DNA of 64,000 nt, taken from assembly GCA_964016885.1 (NCBI GenBank), contig OZ024741.1, forward strand, positions 243,846,001 to 243,910,000. The letters run 5' to 3'. Below the pieces are notes generated by a model. That model saw nothing but the letters and a program-made list of their open reading frames with translations. It searched no databases and was not told where the DNA came from. The translations under genes were made by a program, and so were the position numbers. Below are positions 26,761-41,300 of this stretch, piece after piece. The first letter of the stretch is position 1; each line of letters starts with the position of its first letter. This DNA comes from Eledone cirrhosa (Eukaryota).

Positions 26761-29700
26761 GTACCAGTAATTACAGATCGATCCGACCACGGGCGGCCGG
26801 CCCACATTCGAAAAGGTTACTCCGCCTGCAAATCGTCATTTTCGGATTCGTTTTCTTCGAAGCACACCATTCGCCGGCGGACTTCAGCTGCCTCATTTAG
26901 CATGGGCAGCTTTTCTTGAAAATCACACCACACACAGCAAATGTGTCTCTGCACATGTACTAGTAATTACAGATCGATCCGACCACGGGCCACCGGCCCA
27001 CGATCGAAAAGGTAACTCCGGCGGCAAATTCGCATTTTTGTGATTCATTTCTTCGAAGCACACCATTCGCTGGTGGACTTCAGCTTCCTCATTTAGCATG
27101 GGCAGCTTTTCTTGAAAATCACACCACACACAGCAAATGTGTCTCTGCACAGGTACCAGTAATTACAGATCGATCCGACCACGGACGGCTGGCCCACGAT
27201 CGAAAAGGTAACTCCGCCGGCAAATCCTAATTTTTGTGATTCGTTTCTTCGAAGCACACCATTCGCCGCCGGACTTCAGCTTCCTCATTTAGCATGGGCA
27301 GCTTTTCTTGAAAATCACACCACACACAGCCAATGAGTGACTGCACATGTACCAGTAATTACAGATCGATCCGACTACGGGCGGCCGGCCCACATTCGAA
27401 AAGGTTACTCCGCCTGCAAATCGTCATTTTCGGATTCGTTTTCTTCGAAGCACACCATTCGCCGGCGGACTTCAGCTGCCTCATTTAGCATGGGCAGCTT
27501 TTCTTGAAAATCACACCACACACAGCAAATGTGTGTCTGCACAGGTACCAGTAATTATAGATCGATCCGACCACGGGCGGCCTGCCCACGATCGAAAAGG
27601 TAACTCCGCCGGCAAATCCGCATTTTTGTGATTCGTTTCTTCGAAGCACACCATTCGCTGGTGGACTTCAGCTTCCTCATTTAACATGGGCAGCTTTTCT
27701 TGAAAATCACACCACACTCAGCAAATGTGTGTCTGCACATGTACTAGTAATTACAGATCGATCCGACCACGGACGGCTGGCCCAGGATCGAAAAGGTAAC
27801 TCCGGCGGCAAATTCGCATTTTTGTGATTCGTTTCTTCGAAGCACACCATTTGCTGGTGGACTTCAGCTTCCTCATTTAGCGTGGGCAGCTTTTCTTGAA
27901 AATCACACCACTCACAGACAATGAGTCTCTGCACATGTACCACTAATTACAGATCGATACGACCAAGGGCGGCCTGCCCACCATCGAAAAGGTAACTCCG
28001 CCGGCAAATCCGCATTTTTGTGATTCGTTTCTTCGAAGCACACCATTCGCCGCCGGACTTCAGCTTCCTCATTTAGCATGGGCAGCTTTTCTTGAAAATC
28101 ACACCACTCACAGACTATGAGTGTCTGCACATGTACCAGTAATTACAGATCGATCCGACCACGGGCGGCCGGCCCACGATCGAAAAGGTAACTCCGCCGG
28201 CAAATTCGCATTTTTGTGATTCGTTTCTTCGAAGCACACCATTCGCTGGTGGACTTCAGCTTCCTCATTTAACATGGGCAGCTTTTCTTGAAAATCACAC
28301 CACACTCAGCAAATGTGTGTCTGCACATGTACCAGTAATTACAGATCGATCCGCCCACGGGCGGCCGGCCCACGATCGAAAAGGTAACTCCGCCGGCAAA
28401 TTCGCATTTTTGTGATTCATTTCTTCGAAGCACACCGTTCGCTGGTGGACTTCAGCTTCCTCATTTAGCATGGGCAGCTTTTCTTGCAAATCACACCACA
28501 CACAGCAAATGTGTGTCTACACAGGTACCAGTAATTACAGATCGATCCGACCACGGACGGCTGGCCCAGGATCGAAAAGGTAACTCCGGCGGCAAATTCG
28601 CATTTTTGTGATTCGTTTCTTCGAAGCACACCATTCGCCGCCGGACTTCAGCTTCCTCATTTAGCATGGGCAGCTTTTCTTGAAAATCACACCACTCACA
28701 GCCAATGAGTCTCTGCACAGGTACCACTAATTACAGATCGATACGACCAGGGGCGGCCTGCCCACGATCGAAAAGGTAACTCCGCCGGCAAATCCGCATT
28801 TTTGTGATTCGTTTCTTCGAAGCACACCATTCGCCGCCGGACTTCAGCTTCCTCATTTAGCAGGGGCAGCTTTTCTTAAAAATCACACCACACTCAGCAA
28901 ATGTGTGTCTGCACATGTACCAGTAATTACAGATCGATCCGACCACGGGCGGCCTGCCCACGATCGAAAAGGTAACTCCGCCGGCAAATTCGCATTTTTG
29001 TGATTCGTTTCTTCGAAGCACACCATTCGCTGGTGGACTTCAGCTTCCTCATTTCACATGGGCAGCTTTTCTTGAAAATCACACCACACTCAGCAAATGT
29101 GTGTCTGCACATGTACCAGTAATTACAGATCGATCCGCCCACGGGCGGCCGGCCCACGATCGAAAATGTAACTCCGCCGGCAAATTCGCATTTTTGTGAT
29201 TCGTTTCTTCGAAGCACACCATTCGCTGGTGGACTTCAGTTTCCTCATTTAGCATGGGCAGCTTTTCTTGAAAATCACACCACACTCAGCAAATGTGTGT
29301 CTGCACATGTACCAGTAATTACAGATCGATACGACCACGGGCGGCCTGCCCACGATCGAAAAGGTAACTCCGCCGGCAAATCCGCATTTTTGTGATTCGT
29401 TTCTTCGAAGCACACCATTCGCCGCCGGACTTCAGCTTCCTCATTTAGCATGGGCAGCTTTTCTTGAAAATCACACCACACACAGCAAATGTGTCTCTGC
29501 ACATGTACTAGTAATTACAGATCGATCCGACCACGGGCCACCGGCCCACGATCGAAAAGGTAACTCCGGCGGCAAAATCGCATTTTTGTGATTCATTTCT
29601 TCGAAGCACACCATTCGCTGGTGGACTTCAGCTTCCTCATTTAGCATGGGCAGCTTTTCTTGAAAATCACACCACACACAGCCAATGAGTGTCTGCACAG

Positions 29701-32223
29701 GTACCAGTAATTACAGATCGATCCGACCACGGGCGGCCTGCCCACGATCGAAAAGGTAACTCCGCCGGCAAATCCGCATTTTTGTGATTCGTTTCTTCGA
29801 AGCACACCATTTGCTGGTGGACTTCAGCTTCCTCATTTAGCGTGGGCAGCTTTTCTTGAAAATCACACCACTCACAGACAATGAGTCTCTGCACATGTAC
29901 CACTAATTACAGATCGATACGACCAAGGGCGGCCTGCCCACCATCGAAAAGGTAACTCCGCCGGCAAATCCGCATTTTTGTGATTCGTTTCTTCGAAGCA
30001 CACCATTCGCCGCCGGACTTCAGCTTCCTCATTTAGCATGGGCAGCTTTTCTTGAAAATCACACCACTCACAGACTATGAGTGTCTGCACATGTACCACT
30101 AATTACAGATCGATACGACCACGGGCGGCCTGCCCACGATCGAAAAGGTAACTCCGCCGGCAAATCCGCATTTTTGTGATTCGTTTCTTCGAAGCACACC
30201 ATTCGCCGCCGGACTTCAGCTTCCTCATTTAGCATGGGCAGCTTTTCTTAAAAATCACACCACACTCAGCAAATGTGTGTCTGCACATGTACCAGTAATT
30301 ACAGATCGATCCGACCACGGGCGGCCGGCCCACATTCGAAAAGGTTACTCCGCCTGCAAATCGTCATTTTCGGATTCGTTTTCTTCGAAGCACACCATTC
30401 GCCGGCGGACTTCAGCTGCCTCATTTAGCATGGGCAGCTTTTCTTGAAAATCACACCACACACAGCAAATGTGTCTCTGCACATGTACTAGTAATTACAG
30501 ATCGATCCGACCACGGGCCACCGGCCCACGATCGAAAAGGTAACTCCGGCGGCAAATTCGCATTTTTGTGATTCATTTCTTCGAAGCACACCATTCGCTG
30601 GTGGACTTCAGCTTCCTCATTTAGCATGGGCAGCTTTTCTTGAAAATCACACCACACACAGCAAATGTGTCTCTGCACAGGTACCAGTAATTACAGATCG
30701 ATCCGACCACGGACGGCTGGCCCACGATCGAAAAGGTAACTCCGCCGGCAAATCCTAATTTTTGTGATTCGTTTCTTCGAAGCACACCATTCGCCGCCGG
30801 ACTTCAGCTTCCTCATTTAGCATGGGCAGCTTTTCTTGAAAATCACACCACACACAGCCAATGAGTGACTGCACATGTACCAGTAATTACAGATCGATCC
30901 GACTACGGGCGGCCGGCCCACATTCGAAAAGGTTACTCCGCCTGCAAATCGTCATTTTCGGATTCGTTTTCTTCGAAGCACACCATTCGCCGGCGGACTT
31001 CAGCTGCCTCATTTAGCATGGGCAGCTTTTCTTGAAAATCACACCACACACAGCAAATGTGTGTCTGCACAGGTACCAGTAATTATAGATCGATCCGACC
31101 ACGGGCGGCCTGCCCACGATCGAAAAGGTAACTCCGCCGGCAAATCCGCATTTTTGTGATTCGTTTCTTCGAAGCACACCATTCGCTGGTGGACTTCAGC
31201 TTCCTCATTTAACATGGGCAGCTTTTCTTGAAAATCACACCACACTCAGCAAATGTGTGTCTGCACATGTACCAGTAATTACAGATCGATCCGACCACGG
31301 ACGGCTGGCCCAGGATCGAAAAGGTAACTCCGGCGGCAAATTCGCATTTTTGTGATTCGTTTCTTCGAAGCACACCATTTGCTGGTGGACTTCAGCTTCC
31401 TCATTTAGCGTGGGCAGCTTTTCTTGAAAATCACACCACTCACAGACAATGAGTCTCTGCACATGTACCACTAATTACAGATCGATACGACCAAGGGCGG
31501 CCTGCCCACCATCGAAAAGGTAACTCCGCCGGCAAATCCGCATTTTTGTGATTCGTTTCTTCGAAGCACACCATTCGCCGCCGGACTTCAGCTTCCTCAT
31601 TTAGCATGGGCAGCTTTTCTTGAAAATCACACCACTCACAGACTATGAGTGTCTGCACATGTACCAGTAATTACAGATCGATCCGACCACGGGCGGCCGG
31701 CCCACGATCGAAAAGGTAACTCCGCCGGCAAATTCGCATTTTTGTGATTCGTTTCTTCGAAGCACACCATTCGCTGGTGGACTTCAGCTTCCTCATTTAA
31801 CATGGGCAGCTTTTCTTGAAAATCACACCACACTCAGCAAATGTGTGTCTGCACATGTACCAGTAATTACAGATCGATCCGCCCACGGGCGGCCGGCCCA
31901 CGATCGAAAAGGTAACTCCGCCGGCAAATTCGCATTTTTGTGATTCATTTCTTCGAAGCACACCGTTCGCTGGTGGACTTCAGCTTCCTCATTTAGCATG
32001 GGCAGCTTTTCTTGCAAATCACACCACACACAGCAAATGTGTGTCTACACAGGTACCAGTAATTACAGATCGATCCGACCACGGACGGCTGGCCCAGGAT
32101 CGAAAAGGTAACTCCGGCGGCAAATTCGCATTTTTGTGATTCGTTTCTTCGAAGCACACCATTCGCCGCCGGACTTCAGCTTCCTCATTTAGCATGGGCA
32201 GCTTTTCTTGAAAATCACACCAC
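25116..32223. repeat. Second 18-mer HOR (3528-bp period), two copies, monomer content different from the first 18-mer
   Basis: ORFs 25399/28927, 25943/29471, 27511/31039, 28295/31823. Markers 'catttcacatgg', 'caccgttcgc' and 'cttgcaaatc' recur at +3528. One SNP seen (27745 t vs 31273 c). Confidence 0.9.
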
Positions 32224-33980
32224 ACACAGCAAATGTGTGTCTGCACATGTACCAGTACGTACAGATCGATCCGACCACGGGCGGCCGGCCCACATTCGAA
32301 AAGGTTACTCCGCCTGCAAATCGTCATTTTCGGATTCGTTTTCTTCGAAGCACACCATTCGCCGGCGGACTTCAGCTGCCTCATTTAGCATGGGCAGCTT
32401 TTCTTGAAAATCACACCACACACAGCAAATGTGTGTCTGCACAGGTACCAGTAATTATAGATCGATCCGACCACGGGCGGCCTGCCCACGATCGAAAAGG
32501 TAACTCCGCCGGCAAATCCGCATTTTTGTGATTCGTTTCTTCGAAGCACACCATTCGCTGGTGGACTTCAGCTTCCTCATTTAACATGGGCAGCTTTTCT
32601 TGAAAATCACACCACACTCAGCAAATGTGTGTCTGCACATGTACCAGTAATTACAGATCGATCCGACCACGGACGGCTGGCCCAGGATCGAAAAGGTAAC
32701 TCCGGCGGCAAATTCGCATTTTTGTGATTCGTTTCTTCGAAGCACACCATTTGCTGGTGGACTTCAGCTTCCTCATTTAGCGTGGGCAGCTTTTCTTGAA
32801 AATCACACCACTCACAGACAATGAGTCTCTGCACATGTACCACTAATTACAGATCGATACGACCAAGGGCGGCCTGCCCACCATCGAAAAGGTAACTCCG
32901 CCGGCAAATCCGCATTTTTGTGATTCGTTTCTTCGAAGCACACCATTCGCCGCCGGACTTCAGCTTCCTCATTTAGCATGGGCAGCTTTTCTTGAAAATC
33001 ACACCACTCACAGACTATGAGTGTCTGCACATGTACCACTAATTACAGATCGATACGACCACGGGCGGCCTGCCCACGATCGAAAAGGTAACTCCGCCGG
33101 CAAATCCGCATTTTTGTGATTCGTTTCTTCGAAGCACACCATTCGCCGCCGGACTTCAGCTTCCTCATTTAGCATGGGCAGCTTTTCTTAAAAATCACAC
33201 CACACTCAGCAAATGTGTGTCTGCACATGTACCAGTAATTACAGATCGATCCGACCACGGGCGGCCGGCCCACGATCGAAAAGGTAACTCCGCCGGCAAA
33301 TTCGCATTTTTGTGATTCGTTTCTTCGAAGCACACCATTCGCTGGTGGACTTCAGCTTCCTCATTTAACATGGGCAGCTTTTCTTGAAAATCACACCACA
33401 CTCAGCAAATGTGTGTCTGCACATGTACCAGTAATTACAGATCGATCCGCCCACGGGCGGCCGGCCCACGATCGAAAAGGTAACTCCGCCGGCAAATTCG
33501 CATTTTTGTGATTCATTTCTTCGAAGCACACCATTCGCTGGTGGACTTCAGCTTCCTCATTTAGCATGGGCAGCTTTTCTTGCAAATCACACCACACACA
33601 GCAAATGTGTGTCTACACAGGTACCAGTAATTACAGATCGATCCGACCACGGACGGCTGGCCCAGGATCGAAAAGGTAACTCCGGCGGCAAATTCGCATT
33701 TTTGTGATTCGTTTCTTCGAAGCACACCATTCGCCGCCGGACTTCAGCTTCCTCATTTAGCATGGGCAGCTTTTCTTGAAAATCACACCACACACAGCAA
33801 ATGTGTGTCTGCACATGTACCAGTACGTACAGATCGATCCGACCACGGGCGGCCGGCCCACATTCGAAAAGGTTACTCCGCCTGCAAATCGTCATTTTCG
33901 GATTCGTTTTCTTCGAAGCACACCATTCGCCGGCGGACTTCAGCTGCCTCATTTAGCATGGGCAGCTTTTCTTGAAAATC
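30910..33980. repeat. 7/8-mer local HOR (1372/1568-bp offsets)
   Basis: The 'aattatagat' monomer lies at 31039 and 32411 (+1372). The 'cttgcaaatc' marker lies at ~32015 and ~33583 (+1568). ORFs 32019/33587 are identical. Confidence 0.75.
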
Positions 33981-35399
33981 ACACCACACACAGCAAATGT
34001 GTGTCTGCACAGGTACCAGTAATTACAGATCGATCCGACCACGGACGGCTGGCCCACGATCGAAAAGGTAACTCCGCCGGCAAATCCTAATTTTTGTGAT
34101 TCGTTTCTTCGAAGCACACCATTCGCCGCCGGACTTCAGCTTCCTCATTTAGCATGGGCAGCTTTTCTTGAAAATCATACCACACACAGCCAATGAGTGA
34201 CTGCACATGTACCAGTAATTACAGATCGATCCGACCACGGGAGGCCTGCCTACGATCGAAAAGGTAACTCCGCCGGCAAATTCGCATTTTTGTGATTCGT
34301 TTCTTCGAAGCACACCATTCGCCGCCGGACTTCAGCTTCCTCATTTAGCATGGGCAGCTTTTCTTGAAAATCACACCACTCACAGCCAATGAGTCTCTGC
34401 ACAGGTACCACTAATTACAGATCGATACGACCAGGGGCGGCCTGCCCACGATCGAAAAGGTAACTCCGCCGGCAAATCCGCATTTTTGTGATTCGTTTCT
34501 TCGAAGCACACCATTCGCCGCCGGACTTCAGCTTCCTCATTTAGCAGGGGCAGCTTTTCTTAAAAATCACACCACACTCAGCAAATGTGTGTCTGCACAT
34601 GTACCAGTAATTACAGATCGATCCGACCACGGGCGGCCTGCCCACGATCGAAAAGGTAACTCCGCCGGCAAATCCTAATTTTTGTGATTCGTTTCTTCGA
34701 AGCACACCATTCGCCGCCGGACTTCAGCTGCCTCATTTAACATGGGCAGCTTTTCTTGAAAATCACACCACACTCAGCAAATGTGTGTCTGCACATGTAC
34801 CAGTAATTACAGATCGATCCGCCCACGGGCGGCCGGCCCACGATCGAAAATGTAACTCCGCCGGCAAATTCGCATTTTTGTGATTCGTTTTTTCGAAGCA
34901 CACCATTCGCTGGTGGACTTCAGCTTCCTCATTTAGCATGGGCAGCTTTTCTTGAAAATCACACCACTCACAGACTATGAGTCTCTGCACATGTACCAGT
35001 AATTACAGATCGATCCGACCACGGGCGGCCTGCCCACGATCGAAAAGGTAACTCCGCCGGCAAATCCGCATTTTTGTGATTCGTTTCTTCGAAGCACACC
35101 ATTCGCCGCCGGACTTCAGCTTCCTCATTTAGCATGGGCAGCTTTTCTTAAAAATCACACCACACTCAGCAAATGTGTGTCTGCACATGTACCAGTAATT
35201 ACAGATCGATCCGACCACGGGCGGCCTGCCCACAATCGAAAAGGTAACTCCGCCGGCAAATTCGCATTTTTGTGATTCGTTTCTTCGAAGCACACCATTC
35301 GCTGGTGGACTTCAGCTTCCTCATTTAACATGGGCAGCTTTTCTTGAAAATCACACCACACTTAGCAAATGTGTGTCTGCACATGTACCAGTAATTACA

Positions 35400-38300
35400 G
35401 ATCGATCCGCCCACGGGCGGCCGGCCCACGATCGAAAAGGTAACTCCGCCGGCAAATTCGCATTTTTGTGATTCGTTTCTTCGAAGCACACCATTAGCCG
35501 CCGGACTTCAGCTTCCTCATTTAGCATGGGCAGCTTTTCTTGAAAATCACACCACACACAGCAAATGTGTGTCTGCACATGTACCAGTACGTACAGATCG
35601 ATCCGACCACGGGCGGCAGGCCCACATTCGAAAAGGTTACTCCGCCTGCAAATCGTCATTTTCGGATTCGTTTTCTTCGAAGCACACCATTCGCCGGCGG
35701 ACTTCAGCTGCCTCATTTAGCATGGGCAGCTTTTCTTGAAAATCACACCTCACACAGCAAATGTGTCTCTGCACATGTACTAGTAATTACAGATCGATCC
35801 GACCACGGGCAACCGGCCCACGATCGAAAAGGTAACTCCGGCGGCAAATCCGCATTTTTGTGATTCGTTTCTTCGAAGCACACCATTCGCCGCCGGACTT
35901 CAGCTTCCTCATTTAGCATGGGCAGCTTTTCTTGAAAATCACACCACACTCAGCAAATCTGTGTCTGCACATGTACCAGTAATTACAGATCGATCCGACC
36001 ACGGGCGGCCTGCCCACGATGGAAAAGGTAACCCCGCCGGCAAATTCGCATTTTTGCGATTCGTTTCTTCGAAGCACACCATTCGCTGGTGGACTTCAGC
36101 TTCCTCATTTAACATGGGCAGCTTTTCTTGAAAATCACACCACACTCAGCAAATGTGTGTCTGCACATGTACCAGTAATTACAGATCGATCCGCCCATGG
36201 GCGGCCGGCCCACGATCGAAAATGTAACTCCGCCGGCAAATTCGCATTTTTGTGATTCGTTTCTTCGAAGCACACCATTTGCTGGTGGACTTCAGCTTCC
36301 TCATTTAGCGTGGGCAGCTTTTCTTGAAAATCACACCACTCACAGACAATGAGTCTCTGCACATGTACCACTAATTACAGATCGATCCGACCACGGGCGG
36401 CCTGCCCACCATCGAAAAGGTAACTCCGCCGGCAAATCCGCATTTTTGTGATTCGTTTCTTCGAAGCACACCATTCGCCGCCGGACTTCAGCTTCCTCAT
36501 TTAGCATGGGCAGCTTTTCTTGAAAATCACACCACTCACAGCCAATGAGTTTCTGCACAGGTACCACTAATTACAGATCGATACGACCAGGGGCGGCCTG
36601 CCCACGATCGAAAAGGTAACTCCAGCGGCAAATTCGCATTTTTGTGATTCATTTCTTCGAAGCACACCATTCGCTGGTGGACTTCAGCTTCCTCATTTAG
36701 CATGGGCAGCTTTTCTTGAAAATCACACCACACACAGCAAATGTGTGTCTACACAGGTACCAGTAATTACAGATCGATCCGACCACCGCCGGCTGGCCCA
36801 GGATCGAAAAGGTAACTCCGGCGGCAAATTCGCATTTTTGTGATTCATTTCTTCGAAGCACACCATTCGCTGGTGGACTTCAGCTTCCTCATTTAGCATG
36901 GGCAGCTTTTCTTGAAAATCACACCACACACAGCCAATGAGTGACTGCACATGTACCAGTAATTACAGATCGATCCGACTACGGGCGGCCTGCCTACGAT
37001 CGAAAAGGTAACTCCGCCGGCAAATTCGCATTTTTGTGATTCGTTTCTTCGAAGCACACCATTCGCCGCCGGACTTCAGCTTCCTCATTTAGCATGGGCA
37101 GCTTTTCTTGAAAATCACACCACACACAGCAAATGTGTGTCTGCACAGGTACCAGTAATTACAGATCGATCCGACCACGGACGGCTGGCCCACGATCGAA
37201 AAGGTAACTCCGCCGGCAAATCCTAATTTTTGTGATTCGTTTCTTCGAAGCACACCATTCGCCGCCGGACTTCAGCTTCCTCATTTAGCATGGGCAGCTT
37301 TTCTTGAAAATCACACCACTCACAGCCAATGAGTCTCTGCACAGGTACCACTAATTACAGATCGATACGACCAGGGGCGGCCGGCCCACGATCGAAAATG
37401 TAACTCCGCCGGCAAATTCGCATTTTTGTGATTCGTTTCTTCGAAGCACACCATTCGCTGGTGGACTTCAGCTTCCTCATTTAGCATGGGCAGCTTTTCT
37501 TGAAGATCACACCACTCACAGACTATGAGTGTCTGCACATGTACTACTAATTACAGATCGATACGACCACGGGCGGCCTGCCCACGATCGAAAAGGTAAC
37601 TCCGCCGGCAAATCCGCATTTTTGTGATTCGTTTCTTCGAAGCACACCATTCGCCGCCGGACTTCAGCTTCCTCATTTAGCATGGGCAGCTTTTCTTAAA
37701 AATCACACCACACTCAGCAAATGTGTGTCTGCACATGTACCAGTAATTACAGATCGATCCGACCACGGGCGGCCTGCCCACGATCGAAAAGGTAACTCCG
37801 CCGGCAAATTCGCATTTTTGTGATTCGTTTCTTCGAAGGACACCATTCGCTGGTGGACTTCAGCTTCCTCATTTAACATGGGCAGCTTTTCTTGAAAATC
37901 ACACCACACTCAGCAAATGTGTGTCTGCACATGTACCAGTAATTACAGATCGATCCGCCCACGGGCGGCCGGCCCCCGATCGAAAATGTAACTCCGCCGG
38001 CAAATTCGCATTTTTGTGATTCATTTCTTCGAAGCACACCATTCGCTGGTGGACTTCAGCTTCCTCATTTAGCATGGGCAGCTTTTCTTGAAAATCACAC
38101 CACACACAGAAAATGTGTGTCTACACAGGTACCAGTAATTACAGATCGATCCGACCACGGACGGCTGGCCCAGGATCGAAAAGGTAACTCCGGCGGCAAA
38201 TTCGCATTTTTGTGATTCATTTCTTCGAAGCACACCATTCGCTGGTGGACTTCAGCTTCCTCATTTAGCATGGGCAGCTTTTCTTGAAAATCACACCACA

Positions 38301-41300
38301 CACAGCAAATGTGTGTCTGCACAGGTACCAGTAATTACAGATCGATCCGACCACGGACGGCTGGCCCACGATCGAAAAGGTAACTCCGCCGGCAAATCCT
38401 AATTTTTGTGATTCGTTTCTTCGAAGCACACCATTCGCCGCCGGACTTCAGCTTCCTCATTTAGCATGGACAGCTTTTCTTGAAAATCACACCACTCACA
38501 GACTATGAGTGTCTGCACATGTACCACTAATTACAGATCGATACGACCACGGGCGGCCTGCGCACGATCGAAAAGGTAACTCCGCCGGCAAATCCGCATT
38601 TTTGTGATTCGTTTCTTCGAAGCACACCATTCGCCGCCGGACTTCAGCTTCCTCATTTAGCATGGGCAGCTTTTCTTAAAAATCACACCACACTCAGCAA
38701 ATGTGTGTCTGCACATGTGCCAGTAATTACAGATCGATCCGACCAAGGGCGGCCTGCCCACGATCGAAAAGGTAACTCCGCCGGCAAATTCGCATTTTTG
38801 TGATTCGTTTCTTCGAAGCACACCATTCGCTGGTGGACTTCAGCTTCCTCATTTAACATGGGCAGCTTTTCTTGAAAATCACACCACACTTAGCAAATGT
38901 GTGTCTGCACATGTACCAGTAATTACAGATCGATCCGCCCACGGGCGGCCGGCCCACGATCGAAAATGTAACTCCGCCGGCAAATTCGCATTTTTGTGAT
39001 TCATTTCTTCGAAGCACACCATTCGCTGGTGGACTTCAGCTTCCTCATTTAGCATGGGCAGCTTTTCTTGAAAATCACACCACACACAGCAAATTTGTGT
39101 CTACACAGGTACCAGTAATTACAGATCGATCCGACCACGGACGGCTGGCCCAGGATCGAAAAGGTAACTCCGGCGGCAAATTCGCATTTTTGTGATTCGT
39201 TTCTTCGAAGCACACCATTCGCTGGTGGACTTCAGCTTCCTCATTTAGCATGGGCAGCTTTTCTTGAAAATCACACCACACTTAGCAAATGTGTGTCTGC
39301 ACATGTACCAGTAATTACAGATCGATCCGCCCACGGGCGGCCGGCCCACGATCGAAAATGTAACTCCGCCGGCAAATTCGCATTTTTGTGATTCATTTCT
39401 TCGAAGCACACCATTCGCTGGTGGACTTCAGCTTCCTCATTTAGCATGGGCAGCTTTTCTTGAAAATCACACCACACACAGCAAATGTGTGTCTACACAG
39501 GTACCAGTAATTACAGATCGATCCGACCACGGACGGCTGGCCCAGGATCGAAAAGGTAACTCCGGCGGCAAATTCGCATTTTTGTGATTCGTTTCTTCGA
39601 AGCACACCATTCGCTGGTGGACTTCAGCTTCCTCATTTAGCATGGGCAGCTTTTCTTGAAAATCACACCACACACAGCCAATGAGTGTCTGCACATGTAC
39701 CAGTAATTACAGATCGATCCGACCACGGGCGGCCGGCCCACGATCGAAAAGGTAACTCCGCCGGCAAATTCGCATTTTTGTGATTCGTTTCTTCGAAGCA
39801 CACCATTAGCCGCCGGACTTCAGCTTCCTCATTTAGCATGGGCAGCTTTTCTTGAAAATCACACCACACACAGCAAATGTGTGTCTGCACATGTACCAGT
39901 ACGTACAGATCGATCCGACCACGGGCGGCAGGCCCACATTCGAAAAGGTTACTCCGCCTGCAAATCGTCATTTTCGGATTCGTTTTCTTCGAAGCACACC
40001 ATTCGCCGGCGGACTTCAGCTGCCTCATTTAGCATGGGCAGCTTTTCTTAAAAATCACACCACACTCAGCAAATGTGTGTCTGCACATGTACCAGTAATT
40101 ACAGATCGATCCGACCACGGGCGGCCTGCCCACAATCGAAAAGGTAACTCCGCCGGCAAATTCGCATTTTTGTGATTCGTTTCTTCGAAGCACACCATTC
40201 GCTGGTGGACTTCAGCTTCCTCATTTAACATGGGCAGCTTTTCTTGAAAATCACACCACACTTAGCAAATGTGTGTCTGCACATGTACCAGTAATTACAG
40301 ATCGATCCGCCCACGGGCGGCCGGCCCACGATCGAAAATGTAACTCCGCCGGCAAATTCGCATTTTTGTGATTCATTTCTTCGAAGCACACCATTCGCTG
40401 GTGGACTTCAGCTTCCTCATTTAGCATGGGCAGCTTTTCTTGAAAATCACACCACACACAGCCAATGAGTGTCTGCACATGTACCAGTAATTACAGATTG
40501 ATCCGACCACGGGCGGCCGGCCCACGATCGAAAAGGTAACTCCGCCGGCAAATTCGCATTTTTGTGATTCGTTTCTTCGAAGCACACCATTAGCCGCCGG
40601 ACTTCAGCTTCCTCATTTAGCATGGGCAGCTTTTCTTGAAAATCACACCACACACAGCAAATGTGTGTCTGCACATGTACCAGTACGTACAGATCGATCC
40701 GACCACGGGCGGCAGGCCCACATTCGAAAAGGTTACTCCGCCTGCAAATCGTCATTTTCGGATTCGTTTTCTTCGAAGCACACCATTCGCCGGCGGACTT
40801 CAGCTGCCTCATTTAGCATGGGCAGCTTTTCTTGAAAATCACACCTCACACAGCAAATGTGTCTCTGCACATGTACTAGTAATTACAGATCGATCCGACC
40901 ACGGGCAACCGGCCCACGATCGAAAAGGTAACTCCGGCGGCAAATCCGCATTTTTGTGATTCGTTTCTTCGAAGCACACCATTCGCCGCCGGACATCAGC
41001 TTCCTCATTTAGCATGGGCAGCTTTTCTTGAAAATCACACCACACTCAGCAAATCTGTGTCTGCACATGTACCAGTAATTACAGATCGATCCGACCACGG
41101 GCGGCCTGCCCACGATGGAAAAGGTAACCCCGCCGGCAAATTCGCATTTTTGCGATTCGTTTCTTCGAAGCACACCATTCGCTGGTGGACTTCAGCTTCC
41201 TCATTTAACATGGGCAGCTTTTCTTGAAAATCACACCACACTCAGCAAATGTGTGTCTGCACATGTACCAGTAATTACAGATCGATCCGCCCATGGGCGG

